A DNA stretch of 62,323 nucleotides, filler included, from an uncultured virus (IMG/VR IMGVR_UViG_3300005239_002389) (Duplodnaviria; Heunggongvirae; Uroviricota; Caudoviricetes). It is 8 parts of one record of this genome, joined end to end, with 100 filler letters (N's around TTAATTAATTAA, not from the genome) between each part and the next. Parts side by side here need not be neighbours in the genome. Positions count along the whole stretch, not along the records: positions 5,792 to 17,103 come from IMGVR_UViG_3300005239_002389; positions 17,204 to 31,660 come from IMGVR_UViG_3300005239_002389; 6 more parts are not named here. One strand, given 5' to 3'. This document shows positions 11,013 to 21,110 of the stretch, in pieces. Made by a program: the position numbers and the translations under genes. The first letter of the stretch is position 1. Each line of letters opens with the position of its first letter. The notes beneath the pieces were generated by a model. The model saw nothing but the letters and a program-made list of their open reading frames with translations. It ran no database searches and was not told the DNA's origin.

Positions 11013-11634
11013 CGGTGGGCAACAATTTTTTAAGCTGTCTTCCAATTGAAAGAGCAATCTTTCGGTGTTCCAACTGAGTATCACCCTGCCCACGTAAGCC
11101 AACGTAATGAATAAAAGTACGAATTGAGGCAGCCATGTGGAGTTTGCTCGGCGTGTAGAGGGGAAGGATATTTCGAGCACACTCACGGGCAACACCTGCA
11201 TCGAGCATATCTTCGTACAGATTTCGCGTTGTTCTATCTAAAAGTTGAATCTGTTTACGGAACTTTTTTTGAATCTCATATGGGATTTCAACAGAGCTGC
11301 TCTGGCGGTTGACCGTCGCTTGCTGCCGTAGAGAAAAATCTGTTGGATCGTTGTCTGCCTCTTGCAGTACTTCCCACGGGTTAGCGTAACGTTGAGAAAG
11401 TTCTTGAAAATTCGCAGTCTTGTGACGCAAAATCTGTGGGGAGATGGCTCTGGTCGTCCAGATCTCAAAGCTCGCACTAGCTTGCTCGAACACTGACCAG
11501 TGTCCGTGCTTGATGCAAAAACTAATTAACTTCTTGAACTCAGCTCGATCAGGGTTCTTGGTCGACACCCTCGCATGACGAGCGATGACCTTTTCGGGGT
11601 TAGGAGTAATCCAATCAAGATTTGCAGTATGCAC
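10945..11634 (-). CDS. thyX: FAD-dependent thymidylate synthase ThyX
   Basis: HGHWSVFEQA, QILRHKTANFQELSQRY, GVARECARNILP, TQLEHR. Confidence 0.95.
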   Translation of the reverse strand: MHTANLDWITPNPEKVIARHARVSTKNPDRAEFKKLISFCIKHGHWSVFEQASASFEIWTTRAISPQILRHKTANFQELSQRYANPWEVLQEADNDPTDFSLRQQATVNRQSSSVEIPYEIQKKFRKQIQLLDRTTRNLYEDMLDAGVARECARNILPLYTPSKLHMAASIRTFIHYVGLRGQGDTQLEHRKIALSIGRQLKKLLPTVTEALTEVEEPALSGWKSLHTL

Positions 11635-11663
11635 TTAGCGCCAAGATAGTGGCACTCAGCTTA

Positions 11664-11795
11664 TCAGCTCCGGGGAAATGCTTCCTGGTATCGAAGTCTT
11701 TTCGTGATTTCGCTGGGGTTAGATACCATGCGAATCACTTCAGAAGGACCCAAACCAATCTGCATGCCAGCCATGCGCACACCAGACCCTGGCAT
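11664..11795 (-). CDS. Small protein MPGSGVRMAGMQIGLGPSEVIRMV..., not in the ORF track
   Basis: 43-aa ORF that fills the space between thyX and the 11815 gene on the same strand. Confidence 0.55.
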   Translation of the reverse strand: MPGSGVRMAGMQIGLGPSEVIRMVSNPSEITKRLRYQEAFPRS

Positions 11796-11814
11796 TTGCT
11801 CACTGCGGAGACTG

Positions 11815-12333
11815 TTACTCATCTTTTTTACCCTCAACTACGCCTGGCATGTATAAGTTGTCAGGCATGTTGTAGTTAACTAGTGGATATGTAGAGGTAT
11901 TTTGATCGTTAAAAAAGTTTTGCTGAGGCACAGAAGTTGCCATCGCAACCTGTTGACGCAGAGCAGGATTTAAGTTGTTGGCTTCTGCAATCAAATACTG
12001 TTGATGACTAAGGTCAGCAGCTTTTCCAGGCATAACCATTTTGCCTGCTTGGTTGTATCCTGCAACGCCCACAGGTTCTTGACTTGGCATGATGTTGCCC
12101 AGCTGGTAGTTAGTAGTCCCTACCGCTGGGCGCTGGTACTTTCCCGTGTCTACCTCGTACTGTGTAATGACACGATTGATGTTATCCATACCTCGCAAGC
12201 CGGTGACGGCAGTATTAGAGGAGTGGTACATGGCAGGTGGAGAAGGTAACTGCGTAGCTGCAGCAGCCATCCCTCCCAAAGGTGTCATCTTTGGCAGTGG
12301 TCCGTTTCCGCCTGGGCGTTGTAAATAAGCCAT
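11815..12333 (-). CDS. Low-complexity Q/P/M/G-rich hypothetical protein
   Basis: 172-aa ORF with GGAG upstream. Confidence 0.7.
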   Translation of the reverse strand: MAYLQRPGGNGPLPKMTPLGGMAAAATQLPSPPAMYHSSNTAVTGLRGMDNINRVITQYEVDTGKYQRPAVGTTNYQLGNIMPSQEPVGVAGYNQAGKMVMPGKAADLSHQQYLIAEANNLNPALRQQVAMATSVPQQNFFNDQNTSTYPLVNYNMPDNLYMPGVVEGKKDE

Positions 12334-12341
12334 GCCTTACT

Positions 12342-12462
12342 TTAACTCCTTTTAGGTTGTTTTTTAAGGTTGCTTTTAGCGTCAATCACCCGAAGATTCT
12401 CAGAACGGTTGTCTTCTGCGTTGTAGTTTTTGTGGTCGATGTGCTTTCCGTCTCCAGGAGCC
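12342..12462 (-). CDS. HNH endonuclease-like protein, C-terminal fragment
   Basis: GDGKHIDHKNYNAEDNRSENLRVIDAKSN has intact H-N-N spacing. Confidence 0.7.
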
Positions 12463-12672
12463 NNNNNNNNNNNNNNNNNNNNNNNNNNNNNNNNNNNNNN
12501 NNNNNNNNNNNNNNNNNNNNNNNNNNNNNNNNNNNNNNNNNNNNNNNNNNNNNNNNNNNNNNNNNNNNNNNNNNNNNNNNNNNNNNNNNNNNNNNNNNNN
12601 NNNNNNNNNNNNNNNNNNNNNNNNNNNNNNNNNNNNNNNNNNNNNNNNNNNNNNNNNNNNNNNNNNNNNNNN

Positions 12673-13812
12673 GGCAGAATTGTAGACTCCTGTATCCAAA
12701 TCCAGCGATCCGAATGGATCGTGGCAGATGATGTCTTTCCCATCGGGAGTGATTCCTTTTGCCAAAATCCAATGCCCTCCGCCGCTGGGCGAGTCCAACA
12801 TGCCTCGGTGCAGAATGCCAATGGGGACAGGCACATTGTCATGCAGCAGGTTCTCAACGTCCGACCATGCAAGGTCTTGCCGAAACTTGGCCTCAATTCC
12901 ATAAGAAGCGAGCGCTTGGAGCTGAACCCAGGCTTCAGTAGTGTCTCCAACAGAGAAAACAGTTTTGATATATTCGTCGTCATTACTAATAACTCCAGGC
13001 TTTAAGTAGTTTAGTAGCATCGCACAAGAAGAAGAGTAGCAGGTGCGGTCTGAATCTCTGTAGTTATCTCGCTGCGAGTAGTATTTAACAGCTAGATCTA
13101 CACCGGCTCCTTTGTTAACGGTGGCAGCTCCATCTGGAACATCGTTAATAATTTTGAAATGCTTTCCCCATATATACCAATGCTTCTGATCAGCAGCTAA
13201 AAGAACTCTCTGGTGGAAACTGCCAGCAAACATCGTTAGTTCATTCCACTCCCACGCTGAAGATTTGGGGACAAACACTTTCTCTTCGGGAAGCAAAGTA
13301 GAAGAGTCAGCCATTCTCTTCTTCAACCAGGTATCTTGCTTGGCGTAGATCGACTGACCTAGCTTTGGGTGCTTGTTGATTTGCTCAAGGAAGATGTCTT
13401 TCTCAGCATCTCGACGCCTAACTAAACCAGCCAAAGGCTTACCGTCAGCTCCCTTAACCCAACGATCAAACTGCTCAGCAACGACCTTCTTGTCTTCACC
13501 TTCGTTAAGCAGACGACAGAGAGTTGAGTCCTTGAAAGCAGTACAACCAACATTAAAAGCAAAACTAACCAGCGCGTCGTACTCGTTTTGGTTGAGCTGA
13601 ACGTTGGTCCAGGTGTTAACGCACTGTTGAAAACTCTCTAAGTCTTCAAGCAAAAAAGCCTCAGCCTCTTCTTCGGTAATGGTCATACCAAGGGTCACAC
13701 CTTGCGTGTGTCCGTAACCCACGGTGGGTACGTTGCTGGGACACAGGTAGCTTTTTAATCGCATCCCCTCAAACTTCTTGATCAGGGATAGCCCCTTGTC
13801 AGAGATTCTCAA
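12673..13812 (-). CDS. Modular lysin: GH24 phage lysozyme, linker, C39-like cysteine peptidase; 3' end in a gap
   Basis: E15-x8-C24-x5-T30 triad and GLVRRRDAE; YYSQRDN...TCYSSSCAM...GGGHWI...HDPFG. Confidence 0.85.
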
Positions 13813-13821
13813 TTCACTTCG

Positions 13822-14199
13822 TCAGCGTGATCTTATTTTGGCAATCAGTGCATCAAAAAGCAACGCAAATGCAGACGCTGCAATACCCATGAGAAACGAT
13901 TGAGCAGGATGAACTGAGTTATGGAAAGTAAGACTAACAAGACTAGATAAGGTGGTGAGAGCAAACACCAAAAATAGGGATGTCAACAATGTCATCCTGC
14001 TAACCAGGAGACAAGTTAATGAAAAAGCAATCGTTGCTGGAGCAGCGACCAAATAAGCAATTTTTATTAAGGGAAATGACAGTTTGGTTACACTCCCCCC
14101 GGACAAAACCAGAAGAGAACCTAACCAAATTTCAAAAAAAGTTCGGGGAAACAGATTTATTGCCCGAACCATCCCGTAAGATCTAGACACAGTTGTCAA
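13822..14199 (-). CDS. Multi-pass membrane protein next to the lysin (holin candidate)
   Basis: 3-4 hydrophobic segments, basic C-terminus, directly upstream of the lysin. Confidence 0.5.
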   Translation of the reverse strand: MTTVSRSYGMVRAINLFPRTFFEIWLGSLLVLSGGSVTKLSFPLIKIAYLVAAPATIAFSLTCLLVSRMTLLTSLFLVFALTTLSSLVSLTFHNSVHPAQSFLMGIAASAFALLFDALIAKIRSR

Positions 14200-14241
14200 G
14201 AAAAAACTAAACGTATATTAGCTTGGCTCAGTTTTTAAAAC

Positions 14242-14643
14242 TTACGCAGCTGTGTAGGTGACGCGGTACACACAAGGAGAACGATCTTTTTTCTCTACAT
14301 AAAGATAGTTTTCGACAGAAGCACCTACTGAGAAAGTAAAAGATACATCTTGACGATTAGAGATCTTAGGAGAGTCGACTTCCCCCATCACAGCACCATT
14401 CGTACCGCTACGAATATAGATACGACCAACAGCGTGAGAGCCTGCTTGTAAAGTAACAGTTCCAGTACCTGTTGCAGATGAGGTAACAGCGAAAAGATCA
14501 GCTCTTGGTTCAGAACCCTCAGTGGTGTCTTCGGTGATGTAGTTGACAGTGATGTTTCCCCCATCCTCAGTCCGGTACTGCCTAAAGCGAGTAATTCCTG
14601 CGGGGTTGGCGCCAAGCTCTCGATTGAAAGTGAATTGAGCCAC
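14242..14643 (-). CDS. Hypothetical beta-rich, probably structural, protein
   Basis: 133 aa, T/G/S-rich; GTAGACT motif upstream. Confidence 0.7.
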   Translation of the reverse strand: MAQFTFNRELGANPAGITRFRQYRTEDGGNITVNYITEDTTEGSEPRADLFAVTSSATGTGTVTLQAGSHAVGRIYIRSGTNGAVMGEVDSPKISNRQDVSFTFSVGASVENYLYVEKKDRSPCVYRVTYTAA

Positions 14644-14750
14644 GGTTGATTAATACTGCGATGTTTATAGTCTACCGCTTTTGCTTTAATTTAATAACTA
14701 ACAATTTACTGACACCCTAGAGTAGGGTAAAGTACTATCCACTGCAACTA

Positions 14751-15071
14751 ATGTCCTACTCTCGCAAGAACGCTCTCTTTTATCAACTGACTGAGTTTAT
14801 AGAAAAATTTAAACCAGGTTTTATTAACAGAGGGTGGGTCAAGAAGATTAGAAATTACTGTCGCGAAGACTGGGCAGAATGGCGCACTAAGTTAGTAATG
14901 AGAGACTTAGATAACCAAATTGAAGATCTTCACGTTTTATGGAAGATCGAGGAAGAGGAAAAAAATCAACCCCTTTACAGCGAAACATCTTCAGATGGAT
15001 CAGAAGCACAAAAACTTCTAGGTGGCGAAATGCGTCTTACTTCGCCTTGGACTTCCGAGCGCGAGCCTTAG
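14751..15071 (+). CDS. Hypothetical protein
   Basis: 106-aa ORF divergent from 14643. Confidence 0.65.
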   Translation: MSYSRKNALFYQLTEFIEKFKPGFINRGWVKKIRNYCREDWAEWRTKLVMRDLDNQIEDLHVLWKIEEEEKNQPLYSETSSDGSEAQKLLGGEMRLTSPWTSEREP

Positions 15072-15183
15072 ATTTAGCTGAAGCAGCTTTACCAGACTTG
15101 ACGCAGTTAGGGACCATCCGGTCTCCTTTTTTCTTCATGCCCTCTTGAACGTAACCGTCCCAGCAGGTTCCTTGCTTAGCCAT
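15037..15183 (-). CDS. Small basic protein with the CWxGY...KKKG..VPNCV motif, not in the ORF track
   Basis: MAKQGTCWDGYVQEGMKKKGDRMVPNCVKSGKAASAK...; motif is recurrent in marine phages. Confidence 0.8.
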   Translation of the reverse strand: MAKQGTCWDGYVQEGMKKKGDRMVPNCVKSGKAASAKSKARARKSKAK

Positions 15184-15391
15184 TGTTTTTAGATGCTTTG
15201 TACGCACGAGCTTTTTTGCCTGCCCGCTTGGCTGTCTCAGTATTCGCTACATGAGTATTCACTGGTTTACCTCGTGTGGCCGCCTTCTTTTTTTCATCGG
15301 TAGCTTTTCTCTCCTCAGCAGACATCGAGGCCCACGCTGCTTTAGGAAGATAACGCTCGGTGCGTCCTTTTTCTCTCGCTTTATCGGCCAT
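15176..15391 (-). CDS. Small basic protein resembling the C-terminal half of DUF5872-like proteins
   Basis: TERYLPKAAWASMSAEERKATDEKKK...HVANTETAK. Confidence 0.75.
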   Translation of the reverse strand: MADKAREKGRTERYLPKAAWASMSAEERKATDEKKKAATRGKPVNTHVANTETAKRAGKKARAYKASKNNG

Positions 15392-15947
15392 ACCCTCCCA
15401 AAGAATCTTTAAGCATCTCAAGTCTATTAGCTTGACCTCTATGTGTCTGAGATGCTTTGTCTAATTGACTGACAATTTCTGTCAGCTCGTTTTCAGTCTC
15501 GGTTTCAGTCATCGGTTGTCTCCCCTGATCACGAATAGGTCCACCAAAAAGCCAAGCATCACAAGTTCTACTTCCTGCACACTTGAATTTAAACAACTGA
15601 CAATACCCAAGATCAGCTAACTCCATAACTTCTCTAGGGTCAGCCGCTTTTGTTTCGTTAATACCTTTCTCAATGCAGCCAAGAACTACATCTGACTGAT
15701 CAAATGCAGCGCAGTTACCGCACCTAGCGGTCTTAACAGTATCTAGATCAGTCTTCCATAGCTGCGCTTTTTCTTCCCAAAAACCGGGGTCAGGAACGGC
15801 AGGGTTAAGTGGACCGTACCCATAGTTTTCAATAGTCCAATCTCTGTTTTTTATATTGTCCTCAATGTCCACGGTGGCAAGGGGACACGCACCGTTTACT
15901 TCTGTAATTTTTTTATCGAGAAGTAGTTCGCTCTGAAGGTTACTCAT
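15381..15947 (-). CDS. Cys-rich hypothetical protein with HiPIP-like Cys spacing
   Basis: RCGNCAAF...GYCQLFKFKCAGSRTCDAW. Confidence 0.75.
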   Translation of the reverse strand: MSNLQSELLLDKKITEVNGACPLATVDIEDNIKNRDWTIENYGYGPLNPAVPDPGFWEEKAQLWKTDLDTVKTARCGNCAAFDQSDVVLGCIEKGINETKAADPREVMELADLGYCQLFKFKCAGSRTCDAWLFGGPIRDQGRQPMTETETENELTEIVSQLDKASQTHRGQANRLEMLKDSLGGYGR

Positions 15948-15951
15948 GAGA

Positions 15952-16176
15952 TTAATTTTTCTTTTCGTGCTCTTCACGAGTCTGCCAGTCCTCTTTACCC
16001 CACTTAGATAGTTTGTTTTTACTTGACTTCTTACCTTCGTACTTTCCGCCCATAGTTTTATAGTATTTGGTCGCTAACTGCATAGCACGTGCAGAGTGAC
16101 CACCCATTTTCTTGCGGGCTTTAGCTTTCGCACGAGCCCATTTTTCAGGGTGTTTTTTCTTGGCAGTTTCAGCCAC
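15952..16176 (-). CDS. Small basic protein resembling the N-terminal half of DUF5872-like proteins
   Basis: GGHSARAMQLATKYYKTMGGKYEG...LSKWGKEDWQT. Confidence 0.75.
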   Translation of the reverse strand: MAETAKKKHPEKWARAKAKARKKMGGHSARAMQLATKYYKTMGGKYEGKKSSKNKLSKWGKEDWQTREEHEKKN

Positions 16177-16194
16177 TAGAACTGTGTCTCCTAG

Positions 16195-16410
16195 TTAATT
16201 AGAACGATTCTTTTTATGTTTCCTTACTTTAGCTAACGTCCGAGCTAAGTTTGCCTGCTTTTCGGTCTTTTCTGGGTACTCATCTTTGTTAGCTAAAACG
16301 TGACTGGCAAACTCCGAGGTAGACATGTCAGCTCGATCTGCCTTGGCAGAGAACCTACCCTCGTCCTTTTTACCAATAGCTTTCTGGATCCAGTTATCGG
16401 CCACGGTCAA
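16195..16410 (-). CDS. Small basic phage protein
   Basis: NWIQKAI...KQANLARTL pattern seen in small basic phage proteins. Confidence 0.7.
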   Translation of the reverse strand: MTVADNWIQKAIGKKDEGRFSAKADRADMSTSEFASHVLANKDEYPEKTEKQANLARTLAKVRKHKKNRSN

Positions 16411-16703
16411 AGTCTCCCTGAAGTGTTGCGCTCATCCCGTCCATCACGTGACTTAGCTTCACCTTTACGTTCCTTTTCACGTTCAATCTTGTATTTCTTA
16501 GCACGTGTTTTGGCGCGTGTAGCCTTACTCATCTCAGCTCTACGCTTACCTTTCTCAGTACTTTCGTAAGTACCTTTTTTCAAATCCCCAGACTTCTGCA
16601 AAGTACTGACTGCAATAGCGTAGGCAGAGTCCTTCGACATTTTAGGATTTTCTTCGCGAATACTATGCACCGCTTTACTCAAAATATCGTGCTTATCTGC
16701 CAT
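16407..16703 (-). CDS. Small basic phage protein
   Basis: 98 aa, SKDSAYAIAVSTLQKSG, K/R-rich tail. Confidence 0.7.
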   Translation of the reverse strand: MADKHDILSKAVHSIREENPKMSKDSAYAIAVSTLQKSGDLKKGTYESTEKGKRRAEMSKATRAKTRAKKYKIEREKERKGEAKSRDGRDERNTSGRL

Positions 16704-16721
16704 TGGAAAGTGGGGCTAGAG

Positions 16722-16737
16722 TAGTTTTATTCTACTT
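16722..16737 (-). promoter_or_regulatory. Putative late promoter element AAGTAGAATAAAACTA (identical copy at 37986-38001)
   Basis: 16-nt identity between two upstream regions; the core GTAGA[A/C]T recurs before many - strand genes. Confidence 0.6.
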
Positions 16738-16746
16738 GAAAATCTG

Positions 16747-16923
16747 ATGTCGTTTATTTTCAACAACTGGTCAGAGATTGTTGGAGTCGCAGGTGCTGCT
16801 CACTTAGTGGCTCTGGCGATCGTAAACCTCACCCCCACGCCCAAAGACGACGAGGCTTATGCTCGTTTCTATAAAGTTATTGAAAAATTTGCCGGTCTTA
16901 TCACCAAAGTGGCTAAAAAATGA
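16747..16923 (+). CDS. Small membrane protein, holin-like, not in the ORF track
   Basis: MSFIFNNWSEIVGVAGAAHLVALAIVNLTPTPKDDEAYARFYKVIEKFAGLITKVAKK: a TM segment plus the LTPTPKDD motif. Confidence 0.7.
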   Translation: MSFIFNNWSEIVGVAGAAHLVALAIVNLTPTPKDDEAYARFYKVIEKFAGLITKVAKK

Positions 16924-16924
16924 T

Positions 16925-17103
16925 CATGCGGTTTCTGGAAGAAAAAGTGCTTCATACTCCAGCCAATCGGTGAGCACTGGAGGGGAAGATTCTATTTCTT
17001 GCTGATTAACCCAGTCAAGAATTTTTTCTTCCCTTTCATCGTCCAAAGTCTTGGCTTCTAAACCACATGAACCACGGTGTGTCGCTTTTTAATAAGTTGC
17101 ACT
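16925..17103 (-). CDS. HNH endonuclease-like protein, C-terminal fragment (frameshifted, gap-truncated)
   Basis: CNLLKSDTPWFMWFRSQDF...EREEKILDWVN. Confidence 0.5.
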
Positions 17104-17246
17104 NNNNNNNNNNNNNNNNNNNNNNNNNNNNNNNNNNNNNNNNNNNNTTAATTAATTAANNNNNNNNNNNNNNNNNNNNNNNNNNNNNNNNNNNNNNNNN
17201 NNNATAGTTTTCATGAGGCTCTCGAGCACTAAAACAGTGTAACCGA

Positions 17247-19096
17247 CTAAAGCATATCAGTCAGCAACAAGGTAGTGGAGTTAACCGCTCGGCCAATCAC
17301 ACCCCAGTTAACTGCTCCAGACCACGAGGCTGGTTGGGTCGAAGTTGTAGTAAATCCGCTGGTTGTCGGATCAACGTAATAACCAGAGCCAGCGAGTAAG
17401 CCAGTGTTGTTTTGATCTGGCGAACCAGGCAGGCGTACTGATACTGCTGCACCGCTTGCCACGGTGGATTGAGAAATGCCGATAAAGTTGTTCTGTGAGT
17501 TTATGGTTGGTATGGGGATGGTTCCGAGGAGAGAGTTAGCTACGATAGCAGTACCGTAATCTGAGTTTCCGCCGTCTCTGTAAGATATAACGACGTTATT
17601 GTTAGTGGAGTCGTAGGTAGAAGCGATGTAGTAATTGTCAGCAGATGCAAAAACAACTGCAGTATCAAAGGAAATAGAGGAACCAGAAACAGTACCAACG
17701 ATTGCATTACTGTAGCCTGAGTTTCCGTCATCTCTGTAAGCTATAACGACTTTATTAGCAGCGGAGTCGTAGATGGCAGAGAGGTAGGTAGAAGTATCAG
17801 ACGCAAAAACAACTGGAGTACCGAATGAAATAGATGTACCGGAAACAGTCCCTACAATGGCAGTACCGTAACTTGAGTTTCCGATGTCTTGATAAGCTAT
17901 AACGACTCGATCATTTGTGGAGTCGTAGGTGGCGGAGATGAAGCTAGTACTAGCAGATTCAAAAACAACTGCAGTACCGAATGAAATAGAAGTACCGGAA
18001 ACAGTACCGACAATGGCAGTACCGTACTCTGAATTTGGGTTGTCTCTGTAAGCTATAACAACTCGATTATTTGTGGAGTCGTAGGTGGGGTAGGTGTCGG
18101 CACTAGTAGCAGATTCAAAAACAACTGCAGTACCAAATGAAATAGATGTACCGGAAACAGTACCGACAATGGCAGTACCGTAATATGAAGTACCGCCATC
18201 TGGATAAGCTATAACGACTCGCTCATTTGTAGAGTCGTAAACAACATAAGGGTGGTTAATAACAGAAGATGCAAAAACAACTGCAGAACCAAATGAAATA
18301 GATGTACCGGAAACAGTACCGACATAGCAGTACCGTAACCTGAATTCCCATAGTAAGCTATAACGACTTTATTGTTAGTGGAGTCGTAGGTAGAAGCGAT
18401 GTAGTAAACAGCAGAAGATTGAAAAACAACTGCAGTGCCAAATGTAATAGAAGTACCAGAAACAGTACCGACAACAGAAGTACCGTAACTTGAGTTTGCG
18501 GCGTCTTGGTAGGATATAACGACTCGATTATTTGAGGAGTCATATACGGAGGATAAGTAAACACTACTAGCAGATTCAAAAACGACTGCAGAACTCGGAA
18601 AACTAAGCGGATTACTCGTAGCTGTAAGACCAATACTCTGTACCTTACCTAGATCATCCAAACCAACAGGATTACCTGCTTGAATAACACTGGAAGCTGT
18701 AAAAGTCTGAATAGCACCAGCAGTAACAGCAGCGATATCAACCAGAGCAGCATTACCGCTAGCTAGAGCAGTAGCGGATACAGAAATAGCAGCGTTACCG
18801 CTTGCTAATGCAGATTCTGCATTTTCTAGTGCTTGATTACCACTGGCTAATGCTGTTTGTCCTGTACGCAGCGCAGAACCGTCATTTGCCAGTTTATTGC
18901 CGACAATAATTAAACCACTGGGGTTCGGTGCTATAGCAACGTCTAATTCAACAACCGCTCCTAGATTTCCAGCACCATCTACGGCAACACCACTGCCAGA
19001 AACTATAGTTCCAGGAGCAGCACCTGCAATCGTGTCACCAGGAGGTAACTCAGTCCGAAGGCCACTAACAGAAACAACAGGAAGCCGGACTACCAT
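17247..19096 (-). CDS. Fibre or receptor-binding protein of about 616 aa with seven ~52-aa repeats; one-base deletion near 18325
   Basis: Frame is open from 17247 to about 18325 and joins the 19096 ORF once the base missing from the repeat consensus is restored. Confidence 0.85.
17545..18600 (-). repeat. Seven tandem ~156-bp coding repeats (YDSTNNRVVIAYxDxxNSxYGTAIVGTVSGTSISFGTAVVF)
   Basis: GTACCGTA-type anchor at about 17551, 17707 (degenerate), 17863, 18019, 18175, 18330 and 18480. Confidence 0.9.
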
Positions 19097-19130
19097 AATT
19101 TTGTGACCTTTAAGTACACTTTAGCCTGGG

Positions 19131-20440
19131 TCAGATTGACTTGAGCAACATCAAACCGCTCGAAGTAACGGCGCGACCGATATAGTTCCAGGGAACTTGA
19201 CCGTCCCAACTAGTAGGTTTAGTTGATGTTGTTGTAACACCACTAGTTGTTGGATCTACGTAATAAAACTCGCCAGTTGTCAGACTTGCTGTTGGGTCTG
19301 TGTACAAAGCTCCAGGTAAATTAACGAGGCAAGGAGAGCCACTAGCCACGGTGGATTGAGATATACCGAGAAAATTGGTGTATGAATTTAGGGTTGGTCT
19401 GGAGGTGGTTCCGCCGAGAGTATTAGCGACGATGGCAGTACCGTAATTTATATTACCCTCATCTTTGTAAGCTATAACAGCGTTACTGTTANNNNNNNNN
19501 NNNNNNNNNNNNNNNNNNNNNNNNNNNNNNNNNNNNNNNNNNNNNNNNNNNNNNNNNNNNNNNNNNNNNNNNNNNNNNNNNNNNNNNNNNNNNNNNNNNN
19601 NNNNNNNNNNNNNNNNNNNNNNNNNNNNNNNNNNNNNNNNNNNNNNNNNNNNNNNNNNNNNNNNNNNNNNNNNNNNNNNNNNNNNNNNNNNNNNNNNNNN
19701 NNNNNNNNNNNNNNNNNNNNNNNNNNNNNNNNNNNNNNNNNNNNNNNNNNNNNNNNNNNNNNNNNNNNNNNNNNNNNNNNNNNNNNNNNNNNNNNNNNNN
19801 NNNNNNNNNNNNNNNNNNNNNNNNNNNNNNNNNNNNNNNNNNNNNNNNNNNNNNNNNNNNNNNNNNNNNNNNNNNNNNNNNNNNNNNNNNNNNNNNNNNN
19901 NNNNNNNNNNNNNNNNNNNNNNNNNNNNNNNNNNNNNNNNNNNNNNNNNNNNNNNNNNNNNNNNNNNNNNNNNNNNNNNNNNNNNNNNNNNNNNNNNNNN
20001 NNNNNNNNNNNNNNNNNNNNNNNNNNNNNNNNNNNNNNNNNNNNNNNNNNNNNNNNNNNNNNNNNNNNNNNNNNNNNNNNNNNNNNNNNNNNNNNNNNNN
20101 NNNNNNNNNNNNNNNNNNNNNNNNNNNNNNNNNNNNNNNNNNNNNNNNNNNNNNNNNNNNNNNNNNNNNNNNNNNNNNNNNNNNNNNNNNNNNNNNNNNN
20201 NNNNNNNNNNNNNNNNNNNNNNNNNNNNNNNNNNNNNNNNNNNNNNNNNNNNNNNNNNNNNNNNNNNNNNNNNNNNNNNNNNNNNNNNNNNNNNNNNNNN
20301 NNNNNNNNNNNNNNNNNNNNNNNNNNNNNNNNNNNNNNNNNNNNNNNNNNNNNTCGAGATCCTCCGGTTTGTACCGTATCTCCTTGAGATAGTTCGGAAA
20401 CCAAACCATCTTCGATAACTAAAGGACGGCGGCTCGTCAT
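19131..20440 (-). CDS. Paralogous fibre protein; middle lies in a gap
   Basis: N-terminus RRPLVIEDGLVSELSQGDT and C-terminus YGTAIVAN...NFLGISQSTVASG...YYVDPTTSG parallel the 17247 gene. Confidence 0.8.
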
Positions 20441-20464
20441 TTGTAAACCTCAGTAAAACAAGAC

Positions 20465-20971
20465 CTAGTTAAACAGGTCTACAGGGGGTTGGATTTCAAC
20501 GTGCAAAGCAGTGCTACTAATTGCAAGTCCAAGATTAACAAGAGAAGCATAACCGCTTGCAGCGGTAACAGTACCAGAAGCGGTACTGAACTCTGTGAGC
20601 TGTCCTTGGAACTTAGACAGATAGTAGTATTGACCAGGGACCAGGGAAGTAGCAGCTGTGATGTTAGCAGCACTTACAACTGCAATATCGTCCAGATTGA
20701 CAGAAACGGTGGCATTTTGTACCGCTGCCTCTGTAGTAAGGCCAATTGCTTGGTGTTGAGCTGCGTCCACACCGCTTACTGCGATAGCCGGGACTGCATA
20801 AACTCCACTTACATAAACAACTTCACCCTGGATAAGGTCAGCTCCAGCTACAAAATCTACTAGAGATGTTGGGGAAGAAGAAGTAACTCCACCGCCATTT
20901 ACAAGAAAGACAGGAGTATCCCCTGGCTGAAATTCAGTGTACTTTCGATTGAAAATCGCCCGGTTAGTCAC
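20465..20971 (-). CDS. DUF2190-like capsid cement or fibre-base protein
   Basis: AGADLIQGEVVYV...AIGLTTEAA...LVPGQYYYLS...LGLAISST. Confidence 0.65.
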   Translation of the reverse strand: MTNRAIFNRKYTEFQPGDTPVFLVNGGGVTSSSPTSLVDFVAGADLIQGEVVYVSGVYAVPAIAVSGVDAAQHQAIGLTTEAAVQNATVSVNLDDIAVVSAANITAATSLVPGQYYYLSKFQGQLTEFSTASGTVTAASGYASLVNLGLAISSTALHVEIQPPVDLFN

Positions 20972-21110
20972 TGCTTACACCCAGACTTCATTCCTTTAAT
21001 CATAATCGATGTTTGATATTTATTCGTCATCGCGAGGGTTGATCGCCATTAGACAGAAACCCATAAGGTATAAAAACCCGAGGGCTCCGAGAGCGATAGC
21101 AGTTCCCATA

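Noticed and set aside
17545..18600. 156-bp repeats as a CRISPR array or DGR template/variable repeats
   Set aside because: They are in-frame coding repeats without unique spacers, and no reverse transcriptase or cas operon is present
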